Shown piece after piece: positions 59,068 to 64,000 of a stretch of 64,000 nt of DNA. Location: contig CAZNIO010000001.1 in NCBI GenBank assembly GCA_964573135.1, positions 28,612 through 92,611 on the forward strand, written 5' to 3'. Source of the DNA: an uncultured Gammaproteobacteria bacterium (GTDB lineage: Bacteria > Patescibacteriota > Patescibacteriia > UBA2196 > GWA2-42-15). Numbering within the stretch: the stretch's first letter is position 1; every line of letters starts with the position of its first letter. The notes beneath the pieces were generated by a model. That model saw nothing but the letters and a program-made list of their open reading frames with translations, was not told where the DNA came from and made no database searches. The position numbers were made by a program, and so were the translations under genes.

Positions 59068-59994
59068 TTATAATATCTTAACAGCCTCTCCAGCTACACT
59101 TTCTAAAAAGTGTAGTTTTAAAGCCAACATTAGAAGTAAAAGCAAAAGTACAAAAATTAAATGCAATATAATAGGTTTATGCTGTACTTTTATACGAATA
59201 AATATTGTTAAAATTAAATTTATTATCATAAACACTGCCAATACCAATAGAATCTTTTCTGTATAAAAAACAATCTTACTCACCTTGCTCCTGTATTTAG
59301 TATCACGAAAAGTTACCTCAATCTCTTCTCCGCCTCCAACAAGCGTCACTCCAGCCACCTGTGTTGCCTGCTCACCAGCCGATGGCCCAAACTCAGCTAC
59401 ATTTGAAGTCACAAAACTCTTGCCAAAATGCTGTACTACGACTGTAGTTTGCTTGCCTTCTATTTCGCCCACCATCACAGCCACGCCAATCTCATCATAG
59501 TTATTATTCAACATATTTTCTCTATGTGTTGGGCTCAAAAGCCAGGCTTCAATAGCTTCTTCAGCATCAGAAAAATTCATGGCTAAATTTTCACCCGCAT
59601 ATGTGTAGTTATATCCTGCTTGGCGAAACCATTCCCAAGGATTAACTCCTTGGGGAGAATCATGGTCAAAATATCCATACTTAACCATGTCTTTCGCCTT
59701 CATCATAGCTGACTCATCTAAAATACTATTATGTGAAAGAATTGATGATCCTGCCTCTATCCTCGCCTTATTAGTCAGCTCAACTATTCGGTTGACTGTA
59801 ACAGTAGAAAATTCAGCCACATTCGGCGCTACAATCAAAAAAGAGCATAAAACAAAAATCTTTATGCCCAAAATTAAAGCGCTATAGAAATGTAGAGCTT
59901 TATGCCGCACCAAATGAGGCTTGTGATCATTATGCTCACTTGGAATTATATAATGGTGCAGTCTTTTTTTTGGTGGTTTTGCTATAAACATCAA
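59068..59994 (-). CDS. CAP/SCP domain membrane protein
   Basis: LTNKAR, KAKDM...YFDH, AGENLA, WLLSPTHRENML, VVVQHFG. Confidence 0.92.
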   Translation of the reverse strand: MMFIAKPPKKRLHHYIIPSEHNDHKPHLVRHKALHFYSALILGIKIFVLCSFLIVAPNVAEFSTVTVNRIVELTNKARIEAGSSILSHNSILDESAMMKAKDMVKYGYFDHDSPQGVNPWEWFRQAGYNYTYAGENLAMNFSDAEEAIEAWLLSPTHRENMLNNNYDEIGVAVMVGEIEGKQTTVVVQHFGKSFVTSNVAEFGPSAGEQATQVAGVTLVGGGEEIEVTFRDTKYRSKVSKIVFYTEKILLVLAVFMIINLILTIFIRIKVQHKPIILHLIFVLLLLLLMLALKLHFLESVAGEAVKIL

Positions 59995-60190
59995 TAGATA
60001 TTTATTTTTAAAAAGTATCCAAAATACAATACAATCTATATTATCCCATTTATTACACCTTTATTGTAGCAAACTTTAGGGAAAAACAAAATAAAACACG
60101 TAATTAAAATCAAAAAACTACATAGTTATAAGTAGTTTTTTGTGTTAATGACACTTTAATGAAAACATTATTAACCCAGCTATCTATAAT

Positions 60191-60358
60191 TTAAGTAATC
60201 TTCGCTCTTGATCCTTTTAAAAACTCTTTACTAAACTGATGGATATCAAACTTTTTATGTCGCTTCATATAACTTTTTGTAAAATCATTTCTAAATCGAC
60301 GTATTTTATCCACTACGCTTCTGTTCTCATTTACATTTTGTATATTATTTTCCTTCAT
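60191..60358 (-). CDS. 55-aa partner of the PIN protein (putative antitoxin)
   Basis: Manual: MKENNIQNVNENRSVVDKIRRFRNDFTKSYMKRHKKFDIHQFSKEFLKGSRAKIT; overlaps the PIN stop. Confidence 0.6.
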   Translation of the reverse strand: MKENNIQNVNENRSVVDKIRRFRNDFTKSYMKRHKKFDIHQFSKEFLKGSRAKIT

Positions 60359-60827
60359 ATGATTTTATTATTTCTTCAGGTGTCGTCAACTGAGGAATAC
60401 TTAAATTATTTTTAACATTAAATTCCGTTAATTTCTTCCTTCTGCCGGGATTGGCCATATGCGTAATATTCCAAGTCACTAAATAATCTATCTTATGAAT
60501 GGTCGCACAAGCGATATGCAAGGCATCAATCGGATATGACACTGGAATTATTCCAGCCTTTAAATACTCGTCTGCCAAATTCTCAACCATCTCATTAATT
60601 TTTAAAATTTCAAACTCATTAATTAACTTAATTATATTGCCTCTTTTAATAATATCTTGCGTTCTTTTTACTTCCTGAAGTGTAGCTTGAGAAATAAAAC
60701 TAAAAAAATTCTTAAGGTGGTCTTCCCAAAGTAACCTTGTAATTGCCGTCTGCTCTGGCGCAGTCGTATCATAAAAACTACTTGGCACCGACGTATCAAA
60801 ATAAATTTTTAACGTTACTCTGCTCAT
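60345..60827 (-). CDS. PIN domain (VapC-like) toxin
   Basis: IYFDTSV, DALHIACA, YLVTWN..H, TPEE; ATG 7 nt after TATAAT. Confidence 0.9.
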   Translation of the reverse strand: MSRVTLKIYFDTSVPSSFYDTTAPEQTAITRLLWEDHLKNFFSFISQATLQEVKRTQDIIKRGNIIKLINEFEILKINEMVENLADEYLKAGIIPVSYPIDALHIACATIHKIDYLVTWNITHMANPGRRKKLTEFNVKNNLSIPQLTTPEEIIKSYEGK

Positions 60828-61043
60828 TAATAATATTATACCGTATATTATTCAATTTGTCAAAAATCCGAAATTTCTATCAAATCAAACACTTATCAAC
60901 ACATTCTAAATTTCCCTGCCCTTGACAACCAAGAAGCACCACCTTAAAATTAATCTATAGCTAAAATTAGCTAACTTATTACATAGTTTTAGCTAACTAC
61001 AGGGAAATTAACTTCCCGCCTTTTTAGCACTCACGTAAATTTT

Positions 61044-61397
61044 ATGGATAAACAAGAAAACCCTCAAATATTAAACCCAGAAAGTGAACAAAAAGTAAGA
61101 AAAGAAGGCGAGTTTAAGCAAAAAGCAAATCAGATGAGAGAAGGCTACCGCCACCGAGCATTTATACTTATGCTTGAATTAGCTGTCATCATCGCTATCC
61201 CTGCTTTTGTTGCCCTTATCATTGGTAAAAAAATTGATGCTCGCCTGCAAGGCGATTTTCAATATACCTTGCCTCTTCTAGCTCTTGCTTTCATTCTCTC
61301 TTGGGCCATTATTATATTAAAATACGTTAAATTTAATAAACACATTAAAAAGGTTGATGATCAAATTAGACAAGAAAAAGAGAAATTAGATAAATAA
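61044..61397 (+). CDS. AtpZ/AtpI-family membrane protein
   Basis: Two TM helices with 'IGKKID' loop, first gene of the atp operon. Confidence 0.7.
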   Translation: MDKQENPQILNPESEQKVRKEGEFKQKANQMREGYRHRAFILMLELAVIIAIPAFVALIIGKKIDARLQGDFQYTLPLLALAFILSWAIIILKYVKFNKHIKKVDDQIRQEKEKLDK

Positions 61398-61400
61398 ATT

Positions 61401-62198
61401 ATGTTTTTACAAGTACCGGCTGACAAACCGCCCCTACAACCAGATATCTTATTCAATATCTTTGGCTGGCCAATTACCAATACCTTTATAATGATTTGGC
61501 TTATTATAGCCCTGCTTGTTATAATCTTCCTTAAAATTAGAAAATTTAAAACAAAACCAACCGGCAAATTCCAACATATTACAGAAATGATGTATGAAGT
61601 TATGCATTCATTTATTGGCCAGCTAACTGGCAGTAAAAAACATGCTAAGGCTATCTTTCCACTAATTGCAACCATCTTTGTCTTTGTTGGATTTTCCAAT
61701 CTAATAGGTCTTATTCCTCTTTTAACCAGTATTACATATAAAGGCACAGCTCTATTTAGAACACCAACCAATGATTTTAATACAACCTTCAGTATGGCTC
61801 TAGGAATAGTCATCCTAACTCATGTTATAAGTATTAAAGAATGGGGCCTACTTGGCCATTTAGGAAAATACTTCAAATTCAAAGAAGTATTCCTTGGATT
61901 TAAAAAAAGTTTTGGCGATGGCATGACTGCCATCATTGATTTCTTTATTGGAATATTAGATATTATATCAGAAGTAGCAAAGACCATTTCACTTTCCCTA
62001 CGTTTGTTCGGCAATATGTATGCTGGTGAAGTTTTAACCGTTGTAATATTCGCAGGCCTAGCATATGGATTGCCATCAATTTGGCTAGCCATGAGTTTGC
62101 TGGTAGCAGTAGTACAAACCATTGTTTTTGGCTCCCTAACCGTGGCCTACTATATGATGGCTGTCAAACCAGAAAAAGTAGAAGAATTGCAAAATTAA
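61401..62198 (+). CDS. atpB: ATP synthase subunit a
   Basis: PITNT, NLIGLIP, RTPT.D.N.T, SLSLRLFGNMYAGE, VQ..VF..LT. Confidence 0.97.
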   Translation: MFLQVPADKPPLQPDILFNIFGWPITNTFIMIWLIIALLVIIFLKIRKFKTKPTGKFQHITEMMYEVMHSFIGQLTGSKKHAKAIFPLIATIFVFVGFSNLIGLIPLLTSITYKGTALFRTPTNDFNTTFSMALGIVILTHVISIKEWGLLGHLGKYFKFKEVFLGFKKSFGDGMTAIIDFFIGILDIISEVAKTISLSLRLFGNMYAGEVLTVVIFAGLAYGLPSIWLAMSLLVAVVQTIVFGSLTVAYYMMAVKPEKVEELQN

Positions 62199-62236
62199 AA
62201 GTCTAAAAAGCATTTACTAATTAATTATATAAAAAT

Positions 62237-62452
62237 ATGGAAATAGATTCAGCAAGACTTATTGCTAAAGGAATATGTACCATCGCCATGGGTGGCTCTG
62301 GTATTGGTGAAGGTTATCTTATTGGTAAAGCCCTAGAAGCTATGGGTAGAAATCCAGAAATGGAAGGCAGTCTTTTCTCTAAAATGATTATCGGTGTAGC
62401 TTTGGCAGAATCAACCGCTATTTACGCTTTCGTCGCTTTCTTTATAGTTTAA
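62237..62452 (+). CDS. atpE: ATP synthase subunit c (Na+-type motif)
   Basis: GIGEG, RNPE loop, ESTAIY. Confidence 0.97.
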   Translation: MEIDSARLIAKGICTIAMGGSGIGEGYLIGKALEAMGRNPEMEGSLFSKMIIGVALAESTAIYAFVAFFIV

Positions 62453-62515
62453 CCCGTGATGCGTGGCCAGTATCTATTTACTGGTTACCAATTACTGGTT
62501 ACTTAATATAAATTT

Positions 62516-63010
62516 ATGGATATCCTAGAAATTCTCGGTAAAATTGGTTTTGATTGGCGCATGGGTTTAGCCAACCTGGTTAATTTCCTAATAATCTTCT
62601 GGTTGCTAAAAAAATATGCCTTTGGCCCTATTGCTAAAAAAATAAAGGAAAGAGACGAGAAAATACAAAAAGGACTAGACGACGCCACTCAAGCAGCCTC
62701 AGAAATTACCATGGCCAAGGAAAACTATGAAAAAAAAATAAATGAAGCCAAACGTGAAGCCAACCTAATTATAACCAAAGCCTCAGAACAAGGTAAAGAA
62801 TTAGTTAATCAAGCTGCCAATGACGCCCAGGGCAAAGCAGAAAAAATAATTAGTGATGCCAAAAATGTTATCATTAAAGAAAAAGAAAACATGATGGCAC
62901 AAGTTAAAGAAGAAACAGTTGAATTAGCAGTTGAAATTTCTTCCAAAATTCTTAAAGAAAAGTTAGATAAAGATAAGAACGAAGCTTTAATTAAAAAATT
63001 AGTTTCCTAA
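62516..63010 (+). CDS. atpF: ATP synthase subunit b
   Basis: NFLIIFWLLKKYAFGPI, ER...I, coiled coil. Confidence 0.96.
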   Translation: MDILEILGKIGFDWRMGLANLVNFLIIFWLLKKYAFGPIAKKIKERDEKIQKGLDDATQAASEITMAKENYEKKINEAKREANLIITKASEQGKELVNQAANDAQGKAEKIISDAKNVIIKEKENMMAQVKEETVELAVEISSKILKEKLDKDKNEALIKKLVS

Positions 63011-63012
63011 TT

Positions 63013-63402
63013 ATGTTCTATAGCTCAAAACAATTAGCCAAATCCCTAGTAGAACTTATCAAAGAAAATCCCACTAAACAAGAAGAAATTATCAAAGATT
63101 TTCTAATTTTTTGTAAAGAAAAAAATTTACTCAATCAATTATCTAATATAATAAAACATTTAGAAATTATTGATAAAAATAAATCAGACTTGGAGCAATT
63201 ACATATTCATAGCGCTCAACCCTTGAGTCAAAATATAATACAACGTATACAGAAATTAGTTGGCGCAGCCAATCAAGTCACAGTCAATACCCAAGAAAAC
63301 AAGGATATCCAAGGTGGCTTTATCGCCAAATACAATGGTATGATTTACGACGCTAGCGTCAAAACACAACTTTCAAATTTAAAACAATCAATCCAAGTTT
63401 GA
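63013..63402 (+). CDS. atpH: ATP synthase subunit delta (short)
   Basis: SAQPL, IQGGFI, YDASVKTQL; position after atpF. Confidence 0.9.
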   Translation: MFYSSKQLAKSLVELIKENPTKQEEIIKDFLIFCKEKNLLNQLSNIIKHLEIIDKNKSDLEQLHIHSAQPLSQNIIQRIQKLVGAANQVTVNTQENKDIQGGFIAKYNGMIYDASVKTQLSNLKQSIQV

Positions 63403-63462
63403 CATATTTAAGTATATAATATATTATATACTTAAATATATAATAAACTAAGTATAAAATAC

Positions 63463-63768
63463 ATGAATACAAAAATTTTACAAACGGGATTCTTGCCACG
63501 TACTGTTTCTGTCAGTGATCTGCAAAAAAAAACAAAAAATATTTTTGCAGACATGACTGAGCAAGACTCACCCACCCTGGTGCTTAATCGCAACGAAAAA
63601 GTTGGTGTTTTACTAAAACCAAAAATTTACGAGGAACTAATGGAAGTATATGAAGATTATTTAGATGGGTTGGAATTAGCAAAAGCAGTTGAAAATAGCT
63701 CCGCAGCAGATATGGTGCCCTGGGAAAAAGTAAGAAAAAAATTACAAAAAGAAGGTAGATTGTCTTAA
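63463..63768 (+). CDS. Phd/YefM-family antitoxin
   Basis: VSVSDLQKK...PTLVLNRNEKVGVLL...YEEL.E..ED; own TTGACA promoter at the atpH stop. Confidence 0.85.
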   Translation: MNTKILQTGFLPRTVSVSDLQKKTKNIFADMTEQDSPTLVLNRNEKVGVLLKPKIYEELMEVYEDYLDGLELAKAVENSSAADMVPWEKVRKKLQKEGRLS

Positions 63769-63772
63769 AAAT

Positions 63773-64000
63773 ATGTATAAAATAATTTTAGATAAAAAAG
63801 CGGAAAAAAGCCTAGATAAAATACCGGACCAGATCCTTCAAAAAATTGATAACGCCATTCAAATTATTAAAAATAATCCGTTCGTTTTTAATCCTAAAAT
63901 TAAAAAATTGCACAAGCCTTTAAGCGGCTACCGCTATAAAATATGGCCATACAGAATTTTATACACTATTGATGAAAAGAAAAAAGAGATATCAATTTAC
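63773..64000 (+). CDS. RelE/ParE-family toxin (partial, runs off window end)
   Basis: Manual: MYKIILDKKAEKSLDKIP...NPF...IKKLHKPLSGYRYKIWPYRILYTIDE... Confidence 0.85.
   Translation, partial: MYKIILDKKAEKSLDKIPDQILQKIDNAIQIIKNNPFVFNPKIKKLHKPLSGYRYKIWPYRILYTIDEKKKEISIY

Noticed and set aside
1077-62688. Numerous 60-185 aa ORFs antisense to or nested in well-supported genes (e.g. 27577-28134, 6054-6539, 61361-61813)
   Set aside because: They overlap confident genes on the opposite strand or frame and have no motifs; shadow ORFs
1-64000. Alternative genetic code (UGA=Gly), CRISPR array, tRNA/rRNA, IS elements
   Set aside because: Conserved genes are full-length in code 11 and some end in TGA; no repeat-spacer array, cloverleaf, rRNA motif, transposase or integrase was seen by eye

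Overview
AT-rich bacterial chromosome segment read in genetic code 11. Gene content and style strongly suggest Patescibacteria/CPR (Parcubacteria-like): short AlaRS, RpoA without an alpha-CTD, mostly SD-less starts, GspG-type pilin, CAP protein and giant surface proteins. This taxonomy is inferred, not database-checked. The window holds cell-wall glycan genes (GT4, flippase, rfbB, rfbC-like, GT-C, murJ, WcaJ-like, mltG, manC-like), the infA-rpmJ-rpsM-rpsK-rpsD-rpoA-rplQ-rplM-rpsI cluster, alaS, cysS, recJ, rnhA, pyrG, rplI, ahcY, deoD, RNase P RNA and the start of an F-type ATP synthase operon with a Na+-type c subunit. It also carries six toxin-antitoxin modules or remnants. The most unusual items are: (1) two promoter-driven minus-strand structured RNA loci at ~40.9-41.1 kb and ~48.9-49.4 kb, with variable 5' stem domains and a shared covarying 3' hairpin; (2) a ~65-nt three-way-junction RNA with its own promoter, convergent with a putative BECR-fold nuclease gene; (3) a Com-like Zn-ribbon gene followed by a ~340-nt structured leader in front of a three-gene cell-surface operon; (4) a sensor-less protein with two GGDEF-like domains; (5) a T9SS-tail protein in a lineage not known to have T9SS; (6) an infA gene with no plausible AUG start; and (7) a recurrent 16-bp promoter spacer. 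No CRISPR array, tRNA, rRNA, transposase or integrase was seen.
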